A stretch of 51,065 nt of DNA, taken from NCBI RefSeq assembly GCF_018977255.1, contig NW_024705371.1, positions 1 to 51,065 on the forward strand, in the 5' to 3' direction. Of the stretch, positions 13,850 to 26,793 are shown in pieces. This DNA comes from Callorhinchus milii. Its lineage: Eukaryota. Every line of letters starts with the position of its first letter. The first letter of the stretch is position 1. Both the position numbers and the translations under genes were made by a program. The notes beneath the pieces are model-generated. The model saw nothing but the letters and a program-made list of their open reading frames with translations, was not told where the DNA came from and ran no database searches.

Positions 13850-14420
13850 GTTACTGGACCCAAGTAATGCTTTACAAGGATGCTTTGCGGCAACAAGGTA
13901 GACACATGCAATACAATTGCACTGAGAGATCGAAAGAGGAACCCGTGGTTTAGAGAACGTACGGAAGTTAATTCCGCCATTAAAACTGTTAAGAGTTGGA
14001 CTTGGGCAGGACACGTCGCTAGAAGGGATGATGATGGCCGATGGTCAAAAATAATATCGGAGCGGTAGCTCAGGAGCTAAACTATTTATTTTTCATTTTT
14101 ACCAGGTAAGGCCCACTGAGTGATATATCTCTTTTTCAGAAGCGATCTGGCCACAAATGATAGCAACGAAGTAGCTTGTCACGTGGAAATGTATAACAGC
14201 TAAATCCTTGAAACGTGTGTTTCTAAACGTGGAGGGGAAAAACCGGAGGACCCAGAGAAAGCATCCACGCGACCACAGGGAGAACATGCAAACTCCAAAT
14301 ATACAGACTTCAACGTCGGGATCGAACCCATGATCTCCTGTATACAGGGTGAGGTAGTTTACATCTTGCCACCGTAGACCTCATCTGAGAGGACATCCAC
14401 CAAGGAGATGGAGCAGTTAT
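13850..14420 (+). mobile_element. RTE-clade LINE 3' fragment interrupted by a SINE
   Basis: LRDRKRNPWFRERTEV...KSWTWAGHVARRDDDGRWSK resumes after the SINE as RGHPPRRW; characteristic RTE C-terminal motifs (WAGHVARR, RGRP..RW). Confidence 0.8.
14097..14376 (-). mobile_element. V-SINE-like element (family B)
   Basis: Reverse-complement homolog of 7986-8275 (TTTTACCAGGTAAGGCCCACTGAG ... GAGAACATGCAAACTCCA ... GGATCGAACCC). Confidence 0.85.
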
Positions 14421-15785
14421 GCAAGTTTATGTGCGGGTGCTAGGTGGCTCATTGCATCGCAGGGTTCTGAGAGATGGTAGCAGCACACAGAGGCCTTCAT
14501 CCAGCATCAGATTCACTATGGCTGATTTCTTCACAATTGCTTACTCGTATGAAATATTTTCTACCTATGTAATTTTTTTCTGTCCATCTGTCTGTCTGTG
14601 TGTGTGCGCTTGCTTGCGAGGGATTTTGCTCTTGAACGGTGGGGTTTATATAAAAAAAATTGCCAGGTACCACGCCGTAATACCTGCGGTGAGCAAGCTC
14701 CATTCCTCTTTCCCATCCTTCAACTTTAAATGAGTTAAATTATCGATTTAGTGCGATTCCGCATTATTGAATTATTTACTTTTGCCACTCGGCGTGGGAC
14801 AAAGCATGCATTTGCGCATGCGCGAAATGCTGATAGGGGTTGCCCCTAGCAACGCACACACGGTCGTCAAAAATGATCATTTGCGTTAAAAATGCTTAAA
14901 AATACACAAAACGCTGAGGTTAATTTTTTACAGTGTGATGTTCTCTTCTCCCCCCCACCCCAATGCGTGAAGTTACTACTATAGAGCGCTTAGATAGTAT
15001 TATTGTAGCGTGGGTGGGTGGGGTAGCGGCCCAACCCCCAGCCTGCAAGGTGCCACCTCGGCCGGCTGGGCAATTTAGGAGAGGCCGTGGGCTCTGCACG
15101 GACTAGGCCTCAACACGGCAATGTTAAGTACTAATTTCTTGCTTCATTCGCTAAACTCATGTACATAGAAAACTATTATTATAAAAATAAGTTTGCAAAT
15201 CTTACAATAGTAATGTTTGTGTGTAGACAACTAATATTTCTAAATTGAGTTGCTGCATAATCAAGTATTTGTGTTTTCATGAAGCAGCACCAGTGTACTG
15301 GCAGTCTACAATGTGGCCTGTTGCCTGCTTATTAATTGACGTCAATGCACTGCTAGTCTTTTATCGAAACTGTTAATATTGCTTTAGGGCAGGATGAGTG
15401 TATGCCAGTCTATAATCTGTTGCCTGTTCTTTCCCTCGCTCAGTGTACTGCCAGCCTTTTTAAGCTGCTGACCGTATTGCCAGCTTATTATGTCGACTGT
15501 AGCAATGCTTATATAATTGAGTCAGCATCCTGGCAGTCTATAATCTAGACAGTAGCCTGATTATTAACTTCTCTGTGCGTACTGCTGCTCTATTATGTAG
15601 ATTTATTCTAGCTTCTTTCTTCAATGCATTTCTATTGTTTCGATTGCTGACATCACGCTGTTTACTGGTATGTAGTACTGTGATGCTGATTGCTATGTTA
15701 TACTACTAAATACGTTGGACTTTCTTAGCTACAGCCAATTACATTTGGTCTATTATTTTTTTTACATTGGTGCGAAAATCAACAT

Positions 15786-17760
15786 TTGAAATTTGGCATA
15801 CTGCACCTTTTTTTCCACCCAAGCGGGCAGCACGCAGGGAGGTTCAATGCCCCAACTTGTGTTGAGGTTGCTGTTCTTACGGTGGGTGAGGAACATGGTA
15901 AGAGAGACATTGTGCTTCATTACCAAGACAACACCATCACACGATTTCCTGAAACAACAGCATATGATGCACTGCAATGCCACTTTTTAGTGTCGCAAGG
16001 CCAAGATGGGTACCACATCCAGATTCCTCAAATTATCAAAGCTACAGGACAAAGACATCCTCACAAAACTGTCTCCTCTAAAGACTTTTATTCCTTCATC
16101 ATCAAGGACAGAGAAGGAGGAAACCACATATTACGGTGCACCCACCTCTTTCACCAGTATGTTGTCGATGAGTATGCCAAAATTGAGAGTGAGCGCCTTC
16201 TTTAAATTCTACTGAATTAAAAACGCCTGCGTGTAGACCAGTATGCTCATCTCAGGGACGCTATCAATGCCAATGGATATGCAAAAGCTCAGAATGTGGG
16301 CAGATTAGTTATTTTGCCTTCACAGCTGGACCAAGATACATGCATGAGAAGACTCAGGATGCCATGACGTACATCAGCCAAAATGGCAGGCCCGATTACT
16401 CTTTATCACCTTCATTTGCAAGATGAGATGGAAGGAGATCCAGGTTGAGCTTTATTCAAACCAAAAGCCAAAAGACAGACATGACATCTTTGCAAGGGTC
16501 TTTAAACTCAAAGTTGATGACCTCATGATGCTTCTTTGGTTATTTCTGTAAAGTCACGTAGACAGAAAATAGATTAAATAATAGAATATGACGTTTTGAT
16601 TGCAACACAAGCAATCGTCATCCGGTAGAAAGAACTAATGATGCTTATTACGACTAATGAAGGCGACGTCTTTGGAAAGACAAGCAGTAACTTGCACACC
16701 ATTTAGTGGCAAAAAAGTCGTCTTGCTCATGCTCACATTTTGCTATGGCTGAGGGAAAACATTCATGCAAGTGACATTGACACATTTATCAGTGCTAAGC
16801 TACCTGACACCATCAAGACCCTGCCCTTTTTTATGTGGTCTGCAAGCAAATGGCCTATGGCCCATGTGGGCAGTTCAATCCAAATTCGCAATCTATGCAA
16901 GACCGCAGGTGTACCAAGAAGTATCCACAACATTTCTTGAAAGACACTCAGTTGGGCCATGATGCCTATTCTCTATTTCGTCACAGAAATACTGAGCATA
17001 GTGGATTTGAAACAACGCTCAGACCTGGAACTAACTCTGAAATTAAGGTTGACAACTGGTGGATAGTTCCCTACTGCCTTCTTCTGTGCAAGATCTTCGA
17101 GGCCCACTTTATTGTGGAATTCTGAAATTCTGTGAAAGCCATCAAATATGTTTGGCAATACATAATCAAAGGCTTTGACATGCCTGTCTTTGCCTTACAA
17201 AACAGAGGGACAAAGTGTAAATGATGTTAAACATTTTGTCCAAGGAAGATACATCAGCAGCAATGAACCCATTTGGAGAAATCCTAGCTTCCCCGTCCAT
17301 GAGCGTTCCCCCACAGTCGTCCATTTGGCAGTTCACCTCGCAAAAAGGTCAACACATCTACTTCAACGAAGGATTTGCCCAACAACAAGCCCTGGCTCCA
17401 CTACATACTACCCTGATGGCGTTCTTTGGTTTGTGCCAAAGTGACCCATTTGCTGCCAACCTGCTCTACCATTCAGTTCCCTCCTACTATACATGGACTG
17501 CTAAATATATATATGGAAGCGACGTGCTGCTGACGGTAAATCTGATGCCTTACAAAGAGTCTACGCAGTTCATCCCAACAATCAGGAGTGCGACTTTCTC
17601 CGAATGATTATCTATCTTGTCAAAAGGCCCAAATCTTTCAAACACCTCAAACAGTGAAAGAAGTTGTCTGTTAAACATACAGGGAAGCTTGCAATTTTCG
17701 TGCAATTCTTGAGGATGATCAGCATCTTGATTAAGCCATGACAGAAGTGTCTGTTAGTCC
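15786..17760 (+). pseudogene. Helitron RepHel (Rep/HUH endonuclease region) pseudogene
   Basis: RFNAPT..EVAV, YDALQ, LFHQYVVDEYAKIESERL, VGRLVILPS, GPRYMHEKTQDAM, PD.FITF, HUH motif WQK..LAHAHILLWL, DNWWIVPY, KAIKYVWQYIIKG, GRYISSNE.IWR, TTLMAFF. Many frameshifts and stops; no helicase seen. Confidence 0.92.
16534..16634 (-). mobile_element. 101-bp PLE terminal fragment inserted in the Helitron
   Basis: Matches PLE family A tail (TTGGTT.TTTC.GTAAAGTCACGTAGA) plus a degenerate hammerhead. Flanked by CTCATGATGCTT (16522-16533) and CTAATGATGCTT (16635-16646). Confidence 0.75.
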
Positions 17761-19079
17761 TCTTCCCAACTGAGATTGTTCTTCTGCATACATCTGCAAG
17801 TTTTCAGCCGATCTAACCCCATGGGACTCTTGCCTCCAAGTCTTAGTGTGCGCCGTGATTGGACCCACTACACATGTATACTGCTGTTGAATGCCCCATT
17901 ACAAGTGTTAACGCTTTACAACTTCACTACTTAACCGCTTTGCAATTGCTAACGTGGTTATCCCAGTATAATCCAACATCTTCTCGAGCCCCAACAGTAA
18001 TTAACATAATTATAATTCAATTCTTGAGTATATTTGTAATATATACATATCATGTTCAGGCACCAGCCTGCACAAATGAATTACCATTGTCATAAAATAA
18101 TGGCACAAGTCTGAATTTTGCTTCACAACATTTCTCAATTCACTTTGGCATGAAGACCTTGATATTATTCATGGCTGATGGATGGTAGATCATACGTAAA
18201 ATAAACAATTGGGTCAGATATTGTGGGAGAACATAGCAGTTTGGTTATGTCGACCCGAACAGGAATATCCCACAGTACAATATTGCATTGTCTACTTAAT
18301 TATTTAGCAGTGCAGATTTCCTATAATTTCAAACATTCTCGTAGGTCAGAAGGTAAAGTGATGTATAAAGACTAAACCTTCCTATTCTCATAAATGGAAT
18401 TCATACATTGGTTTTACAGGTTTTGATATGACACTTCCATCCTCTTAATAATTCAAGGTTATGATTGATGATATGCTTGAACTAAGACATATGTGAACAT
18501 AACTATATTTCCATGTTTTTAAATCCTTGACTGCGTTGTAACACATTGCTCAGGCATTGCCTGAAAACTGTGATCCTTGAAATTTAAGTGCATTCAAATA
18601 GTTGTGTTTTATTGAACACTAATGTATTGCACTTATTGATCTTTCTTAAAAATCTCAAACATGCAAACTTGTCTTTTCTCTACACTTTATCACAAATAAA
18701 CATATAATTTTTTTCAGTAGAAAGAACTTCAAAAGTAATTTTGTTGTATTTGCTTCGAATGCATTTTAAGACACCGACCACCTTCATCTACCACCATCGT
18801 GGACAATCAGCACCTTCATTGCTTAGAGTCATCATAACTTCTTAATGATCATCAGCATTGATTCGATCAAGCATATTGTACAGGTGACCTGAGGACCTGA
18901 GCTGAAGCCTTGAACATTTGTGAGACTCTCCCCCTTATCCTCCAGAGGTGGAGGGAAGTGACAGTACATAAAAATGAAACATTATTTGGTGATGCTGCAT
19001 TTGCAGTACGTATGTACAGTATGTTTGTTGAACTTTTTTCACACCGTATATAGTCAACAGTGCTAATTGGAGGTTCGGC

Positions 19080-19250
19080 GGAAAAACAACAAGTGGTGCA
19101 CGGGCACAATAAAAAAAATAAACATAATTGTCAATAACACTGTGGCCTTAAAAGGAAAAACATAATAGGTGACGTTTCAGGCAATGGCCCTTCTTCGTAG
19201 CACATAAATGGCCAAAATGTCAGCAATTATAGGTATATTTTACCTTGTAA
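19080..19250 (-). mobile_element. decayed PLE terminal repeat (family D) with degenerate hammerhead
   Basis: Minus strand CGAAGAAGGGCCATTGCCTGAAACGTC followed by an AT-rich tail; homologous inverted pair at ~21350-21570. Confidence 0.45.
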
Positions 19251-20454
19251 CTGCATGCTTGTTTTTTGCCCATATCTCCCCCCACCCATGAAATAATACC
19301 TAAGTACATGTACCCCTTTTAAAACAATGCTATTGACGAGCGTGTTGAGTTTTTCGTTCGTTTGTTTCTCAACCCCCTACTCCTGGTGGGGGTCACAGCG
19401 GTAGTATGTTGAGTAGTGGCCGCCCAGACCTCCCTCTCCCTGGCGAGTTTGTTTGTTGTAAATAAAAAATGAGTTATAGATCTCACTTTGTCCAACGGTG
19501 AACCCGAGCTAAGGCCGCTATCCCTCTTCATGGACAGAGCCGGCTCACTTCCCAGTGGTTATGTAAATGCTTGGATACAACATATCATCATATTGGTGGA
19601 AAGTGATGCTGGAATGCAATCCTAATATCATGCAAACATGTTTTATATACACTGCATGCCGGTGGTTTTTTTTGCCCAAATTTCCTATGGGATCATATTT
19701 CTGACCACCAGTTCTGACAGGTTCTTTCATATAAATGCAATGTTACATATCTCAGTGGATATTGTGTCAAACGCTGTAAAATGACATTCATTAAGAATAT
19801 ACAAGGCATGGACCACCATGTCTGAAATTTACTTTAAATCTAATGGGAGGGAGGGGGGCGCCTTGCAATAGCCTTCTAGGAGAACTGGGGGAAAATGGCA
19901 TTACCATCATAAATGTGTATGTGTTTGCGCCCCTGTCGAGAGAGTCACTGATACTTAAATAGCATAATTTGTTTAATGGGGCAGGGAGCTGTTGTTTTCA
20001 TGAATTAAACGGGGTTGCGGTCGGCCTTTGTGTCCGGTGCAGCAGGGGGGGCATGGCAGTGCTGTTCCGTTCTGCTGTTACTCACCAGCCGTGCTCGGCG
20101 CCACAGCGCAAAGTAATTGTCGCTGGAATTCGAGAGCAATGCACAGGAGCTGGGCTAAAGCGGCTTAGCGAATGAACCTCCCGGTTACATTGAGCGAAAC
20201 TGTGGGGGGGGGGGGACAATGCTGCTGTTAACAAAACCCCCTCCGATGGTGGGTTTAGAACCCAATTCCCGAAGCCGGCGTAATGTTGCTCGCTATTTTT
20301 TTTGTTTTCTTTGCCAGCGGTTGTACACGCCGGTGGTGTGCTCGAGCAAGGGGCGAAATAACAACGGCATTCGCATTACTCCATACAAGGTAATTTTCAT
20401 ATAGTTTAACATTTGACCAGCCTTGATTAATTTGAATAGTTACTGAATATGAAT

Positions 20455-20815
20455 GCTATCATCATCAGCAGCAGCCATGGTCAATCCACATCTGAATGAA
20501 GGCCTCCCCAAATCAACCACCGTCTCTAAGGAACCTGAAATACATTCCACCTGACACCTGCAAACGCCATCACCTGATTTCATCACACCATCTCCTTGGT
20601 TGAAAACCTCTCGGATCTGTTTCTTTCCCTTGCCTGCACCCAGTTGTTATTATCAACCATAATTTATTCCAGCGACATGTCCTGCCAAAGCCCAATTACT
20701 TTTTGAACGGTTGGAATTATGTCATTAGCTTGCATATGCTCTCGAATGCATGCGTTATTCTTTCTGTCTCTCAACGTAAGTCCAAGCATGCCAATTTGCA
20801 CACGTTTTGGTGTTC
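20455..20815 (-). mobile_element. RTE-clade LINE 3' end
   Basis: Minus strand MLGLTLRDRKNNACIRE...KSNWALAGHVAG...PRRWCDEI, ending GGGAGGCCTTCAT...GATGATGAT simple-repeat tail. Confidence 0.75.
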
Positions 20816-21349
20816 ATTCCATTTATCGTGGTAGCGACCGTGTATGTGAACCAGCATGTACGCAATTATTAATGCACAGTGCTATGTCACTTGTCGTTAT
20901 CAAGTCAGCACTTAAAAAGCACTTCCAGCAGCTTCTGGCCGTCTCACTATTTATTTACTCATATGTTTGGTTCGCCTTCAATAATTTCCCCGAGCTACGC
21001 ATATTCTGCTATGTTTTCCAGTTGAATGTATTTGGTAGTTATTGGAAATTGCCATTGTTGCCTCATGCGCTTTAATATACAGCAACCTGAGTGCGATTCC
21101 CAACCATGGCTAACATCTGTGCTGAGTGATATATCAACCGACCCTCGTTCACTACCCCACACTGAGCAGCGTGGCGAAATTTGGTCCCGTTAATGGAATA
21201 GAGAGTCATGACACCAGGGGTAGATTGACTTCTACCAGGGGTAGATTGACAAAAATCTAAACGTGCTCATTATTATGACTACAAGTTACTGTAACCTGCA
21301 TTATTATTCTAAACTAATATCGTTTGCAGAAAAACGAAATACATTAGTC

Positions 21350-21570
21350 CTAACACAGTGGCCTTTAAAGGAAATAAATATATAATTAACTACGTTTCTG
21401 TAATTGGCCCTTATTCTCCACATCACTTCACGTGTTTAATGTCCGACGAGAAAGGGCCATAGCCCAAAATTCAACCCATTATATGTCTATATTTATTGAT
21501 TATTTTAAGGAGACAGTGTTATTGATGCATGTGTTTATTTTTTGTTGTTATTTGTGCTTGTTTACCACTG
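21350..21570. mobile_element. inverted pair of decayed PLE family D terminal fragments
   Basis: AACACAGTGGCCTTTAAAGGAAA...ACGTTTC..GGCCCTT on the left is mirrored by AAGGGCC...TTAAGGAGACAGTGTTATTGA on the right; homologous to 19080-19200. Confidence 0.4.
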
Positions 21571-22325
21571 TCAATGCAGCAGTAGCAACACACATTTCTC
21601 AGCACAGTGCTTCTTATCTTTTACTGCAGCCTTGAAACACTTAGCTTCTCTATCGTAAAAAAAATGTGTAATGTTCATAAATACATGGGGTCAATTTGTG
21701 TTCCGATTATTTATTTACTTTCTTACAAAAATCTGACCATGTCTCGCACCTCCAGAGAGGGCATCTCGCACTCCGACGGAGTGCGTGCACCCCCAGGTTA
21801 AGAACCACTGTCACTTTAGCATCATATACAGCACTGAATAGCTGCCACACACCAACACTGGAATGACTTTGGTGTGATTATATACTTGTGTTTTAAGGGG
21901 GATCTGAATTACAGGGACTGATGTTACAGGAGCAAGAGTAAGGTCATGGATTAACTAATCATCCTTGGTAAAACAAAAACAAGTGTGAGAGAGGAAACAT
22001 TTTTCGGAGTGATTAATTATCAGAAGGCTGATACAGCTGTCAGAGAACACATTCGCTGATATATATTCAAGGATTGATAAATATGACGGGGAATTGTATG
22101 AGTGTCCGTCGACAAAGGGACTGGAGAACCCCAATGTATGTCCGGTAGAGTGCGATATCACACCTTCGGCAGAACTCTAGCATTCGCCAAAGATTCAAGC
22201 ACCTGATCGAAATTGCAGCTTCCGATGTATGCTTTCATGATTACACGAGGCGCATGTTTGGCGAATTACTTAACATAATTTCAACCGTGATGATGGGTAC
22301 AAACTGAGTAATCATTGGAAAGATT

Positions 22326-23088
22326 TTTCGATTTAAAGCTTTCGTGACTGCAGGGATTCATTCTTGGTTCTTTCGGTAAAGTCACGTAGAAGAGAAATAA
22401 TAAAATAATAAAAATAAAACATAATAAAATACAATTCTCACGACGTTTCGGCCACAACGCAAGCAGCCGTCCTCAGGTGAAGAACAGGTCTGTCGGAAAG
22501 ACAGCGTCTGAATGAGCACCACCAAGCTTGGCAGCGTATATTTAAGCTGGGTTGGAGGGGGAAGGGCGCCTTGACGAAGGAATTTGCATATCAAGAGGAA
22601 TTTAGAATATTTATGGGAAATGCAGATATGGAATTAGTCACTAATTGTGGAATGCGTAGGAGGTGGGGGGGGGTCTCAAAGTCATATTATGCAAGTGCAT
22701 TATGTAGGATTAGCAGCATCAAAGGGAGGGAGTAGGTTTAGCAGTAAGAAAGGGAAGGAATTTTAATAGTAAGGAGCTGCAGCAGCTAAACCACCACGTA
22801 AAAAGCTAAAATATAAAATATGCCTCCAGCTAAACTTTTTTCTTAAACCTAACATTAAATTATATACTGCATTACTATACATTGTAATATTACACTATGT
22901 ATTATTCTACCCAACCTACTGTATACCACACTACTGTATATTCACTATACAATTACGATACTATATATTACCTTATACATTATATTAAACATTACACTTT
23001 TATACTATTTATTATTATACAATCTGCTATACACTATACCATTGACGGTCGCGTGAAAGGTACTAAGAGGAAGCAACGAAATACGTCA
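22326..23088 (-). mobile_element. PLE family A 3' region / pseudo-LTR
   Basis: Reverse complement of 45770-46025 and of the 41855-42490 region minus its nested insert; contains an intact hammerhead. Abuts a plus-strand PLE C-terminal remnant (HNFNRDDGYKLSNHWKD, ~22275-22325). Confidence 0.85.
22435..22484 (-). ncRNA. minimal type I hammerhead ribozyme (PLE-associated)
   Basis: UUCUUCAC-CUGAGGA-CGGCU..UGGCC-GAAAC-GUC-GUGAGAA: full catalytic core, helix I (UCAC/GUGA plus extension), helix II and a loopless helix III. Confidence 0.8.
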
Positions 23089-23386
23089 ATGTGTGCAAAC
23101 CTGGTGGCTAACTACAAGAAACGTCTGACCTCTGTGATTGCCAACAAGGGTTTTTCCACCAAGTACAAAGTCATGTTTTGCAGAGGGGTGAAATACTTAT
23201 TCCCCTCATTAAAATGCAAATCAATTTATAACATTTTTGACATGCGTTTTTTTTTATTTTTGTTGTTGTTATTCTGTCTCTCACTGTTCAAATAAACCTA
23301 CCATTAAAATTATAGACTGATCATTTCTTTTTCAGTGGGCAAACGTACAAAATCAGCAGGGGATCAAATACTTTTTTCCCTCACTG
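23089..23386 (+). mobile_element. Tc1-like transposon 3' end
   Basis: Transposase C-terminus CANLVANYKKRLTSVIANKGFSTKY, then right TIR ...AATCAGCAGGGGATCAAATACTTTTTTCCCTCACTG followed by TA (23387-23388). Confidence 0.88.
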
Positions 23387-24351
23387 TATCTTCAACTTAC
23401 CACCGAGCTGAAACAATAAGTAGGGGCGTGAACAGCTCGTACGTGTTGACGAGTTCCCTTGTTTGGCTGTACCCGTGGTAGTAGAGGATTTCAACGTCAC
23501 TCATTTGGTCAGGTGCTTGGTAACGTGTCCCAACCCCAAAAAAAATCTATTCTGAATTTAAATATTGAGTTTGAAAACGTACGTCTTACATAATAAGTAA
23601 ATAGTGAAATATAACTGTTTTGTGTAACTATAGGTAGCATACGTTCATCTTATTCTCATTGGCACTCTGCGGGGAAAATTTGTGCCAGAAAGAAGCAACG
23701 TGTAAGCAAATATAAAAATGACTTCACGGGCAAAACGGAGAACAAACAAAACCCAGACGCTAAGCAGCAGCGAGCGGCATGAATGCGCGCAGGTGGAACG
23801 AGAGCGGAGTGTACATGTGCGCACGTGGAACGTTGAACTCACCGGGCCTGCACCATGGAGCACAGCGAGTGGATGCTCCCATGGATGCTGCACACCACTG
23901 TGTGAAGCTGCAGCTGCAGCTCAGACTGCAACTTCTCAAACTCCTGTCGGGGAAGCCACAATTACACCAGCCACTTTCATAGTCAAAGGCACCGTGAGCT
24001 CGGTTGAAACACCAGGACGATCAATGTTTGGATAAAAGGCAATCATAGCAGTGCCTGACATTGCACCACACCTAAAGGCGTAGAATTCAGCCTTTTCACA
24101 CACATCGATTAAACCCGGTTGCCGCACAATTATCATCGACGCCATTAAATACGCACAAAATAATGAGATCGTTGTTGCATCGAATTGCTAAAATTCTGTT
24201 ACTTTACAATGGGTTTGTGCAAACGTTCAGATATAGGTTGAGTGTTTGATTGGTCGTGGCCAGCCAAGAATTAATTATAACTTAAAAAAACACAAGCAGC
24301 GTATTCCATCTCAAAACAACTGCTGGGCGGTAAACCAGCTGTGAATCGACC

Positions 24352-24548
24352 ATAGCTGTTGAGGACGACGATGACAATTAGGATGATGACTTTGACGACA
24401 GCGTCAATGACGATGACAACAATGATGAGGACGCTGACTATGAAGACGATGACGACAACGATGAGGACAATGACGAGGATGACAACGATGAGGACAATGA
24501 TAACGACGATAACGTTGACAACGATGATAATGACGATGAAGATGATGC
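24352..24548 (+). repeat. GAY/AAY trinucleotide-rich tract reading as an Asp/Asn/Glu-rich peptide
   Basis: Frame from 24352 reads (I/M)AVEDDDDN*DDDFDDSVNDDDNNDEDADYEDDDDNDEDNDEDD...; codon-like variation rather than a pure microsatellite. Confidence 0.7.
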
Positions 24549-25653
24549 AGCATTGCTGCAGCCAGCGAACCACACTCACGCTCAGTGCCTCCTTCAGTTT
24601 TAAGACCCCCGTCTGGCCCGCAACAATGGCCTTGAGAAGCTGCACGCTCAGCTCTTCCTTCTGCAATGGGCAGCAACGAAACGGTTGTCATTGGAATCCT
24701 GGCTCAAGGTGTGAGAAACGCCTTTTCAGGAATAAGTTGCGATCTAAGATTGCGCACGGGTTAATCCGTATACCTTATAACACCAGAGGTTTTTTGGGTT
24801 AGATCACCGAAATATCAACGCGTCGTTCAATCCGTCACCACCCGAGAGCCAATTAGTTATTTGGATAATAATATTGGTGGCGAAAGCCTACACACGTTTT
24901 ACTTTATTGCAATTTAGATTATGCTGTGGGATTTTCCTTTCTATTTTGATGTTGCCAACATTCGTAAATGTTATTATTCATATTTTAATCTCGATATGGC
25001 TAGAAAGCACCAGATGAGCGACATTACATCCAAGCGGGGCACTTCAATCGACCTCGCGATTGATGTCTCAGAAGTTCACCTTGGTATCGAGCAGAGTATG
25101 GTCGTGGTCGCTGTGCTCAGAATCCGGGATGCAATCCGCGCACGCAACGTCGCTGCCACCGCCACCGCCGTCACCAAGCTCGCAGCAGTACGCGTACGGC
25201 TTACCGTGCACCTCACAATTCTCACTGCGGTAATAGCCACATCAAAGACCGGTCAACACTGTCAACCTTTAAAAGCTGCACCAAAACACTATCTCTCTTT
25301 ATTGCGTGCACGTTATTTGTGAATAAAGAATCCGTCATTTATTTAGGTTTTTTGGCTGCCAGAAATATAAACAGCCATAGATAAAAAGCATTTGCATCGA
25401 CATACATACAGATCATGAACAGGTCATGTTCCCACCGGCACGCGGCCAGGAAGCGGAGATGAAGGAACAACCTGGAGCAATGAGCCAGCAATCACAAGAT
25501 CCTCGGTTTCAAGTTTTCTTTATCCAACTTTTCACAACTACAATTGGTAAAAATTTCACGTTATACACGAAAAACACGGCCGTGTCTCTTTTGAAGGGGG
25601 CAGCTAAAAGCGTCGAGCACCTCGCGACCATGACTGAGGTGCTCCGAGAAGTA

Positions 25654-26574
25654 CAGTGGACTCTTGATATCCGCGTGCGGTTTATCCGATTTGCGAATTA
25701 ACTGCGCTCACTTCAGATTTTGACAAATTAATAACTTGCGCATTTTCCCTTAAGCCCAAATTAATAATCTAAAAACGCTCCTGAAAAATAACGTATAGCT
25801 CAGTGGGAACAATTGTTTCAATTGTTAGTTTTAAGCGGCTTCATGGGCGTGACCGCTGCACTCGGATGACATTGAGGGCCCTGGTGGAGTCAAGAGCAAC
25901 CATAATCCAAGAGCGGATCTCAAAGCCAGGAACCTTTCTATGAAACCCTTTGTAAAAGTGTCCAACGTGCCACTGCCCAGCCTCGATGTCACATCACGAC
26001 AGTAGGCTCTCGATTATCTGTGCTAATGACAGGGAGGACGGCTGCGGATAATTCAAAATCGCGGATAATCCAAAAATATCCATTTTCCGTGGATCACTAT
26101 GCCAAAAAAACACTGATTTAGGTATTAAGTAAATTAAAACTAACAAAATAAATGATTGGATAAATCACTCAAAAGAAGCACAACTAATGATTTTGCTTGT
26201 TACCGTTTCGATTTAGAATAAACACTAACAATCGACCAATCAATGATGCATGTGCTCAGTGATAACACTTTCCTGCTCCCGTGCAGAAGACTCGGCCTAC
26301 TAAGTGGACAGCAGCAGATTCACACGAATCAACATCAAACTCCACCCACTGTTGTAAAGATCTGCAACTCCTGTGCTGTAGAGGCGATCACGTGGATTTT
26401 GGTTAAGCAAGTGACTTGTAATAAACATTTCCAAGAATAACAATGTATAACAGTTTTCTGGTTAAGATTTGTGCTAAAGGGAAAATCCTTGAGTTATTAA
26501 TTTATATCAATATCTCAGGTGCGCGATTAATCCACAATCAGATAAACCGCTCGTGAATAATCGTGGGTCTACTG
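25654..26574. mobile_element. Tc1/mariner (Tigger/pogo-like) non-autonomous element
   Basis: TA|CAGTGGACTC..GCGGTTTATCCGATT ... AATCAGATAAACCGC..GGGTCTACTG|TA; imperfect inverted repeats extend about 100 bp; no ORF. Confidence 0.75.
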
Positions 26575-26793
26575 TATTTAGGTATGGAAGTTTTTCAGTT
26601 TTCATGATAATTATGGGGTTAAGGCTATAAGGTTCAAGGCAGGGGGTAGGGAACCCTACAAGACCACAAGTTCACTTTCTATGGGCATGTGGCCACATGA
26701 GGAATGCTGTGAAGTATAAGGGTCCACAAATGACATGTGTCAATCATTGCAAAAACATTAATAGCTACAGTAATTGAAAATATTTTTCTTTTA

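Noticed and set aside
24271..24802. Listed Met/Thr-rich, Val/Ile-rich and His/Arg-rich ORFs as genes
   Set aside because: They are alternative frames of one trinucleotide-rich tract; the acidic frame with stops is the more plausible ancestral one.
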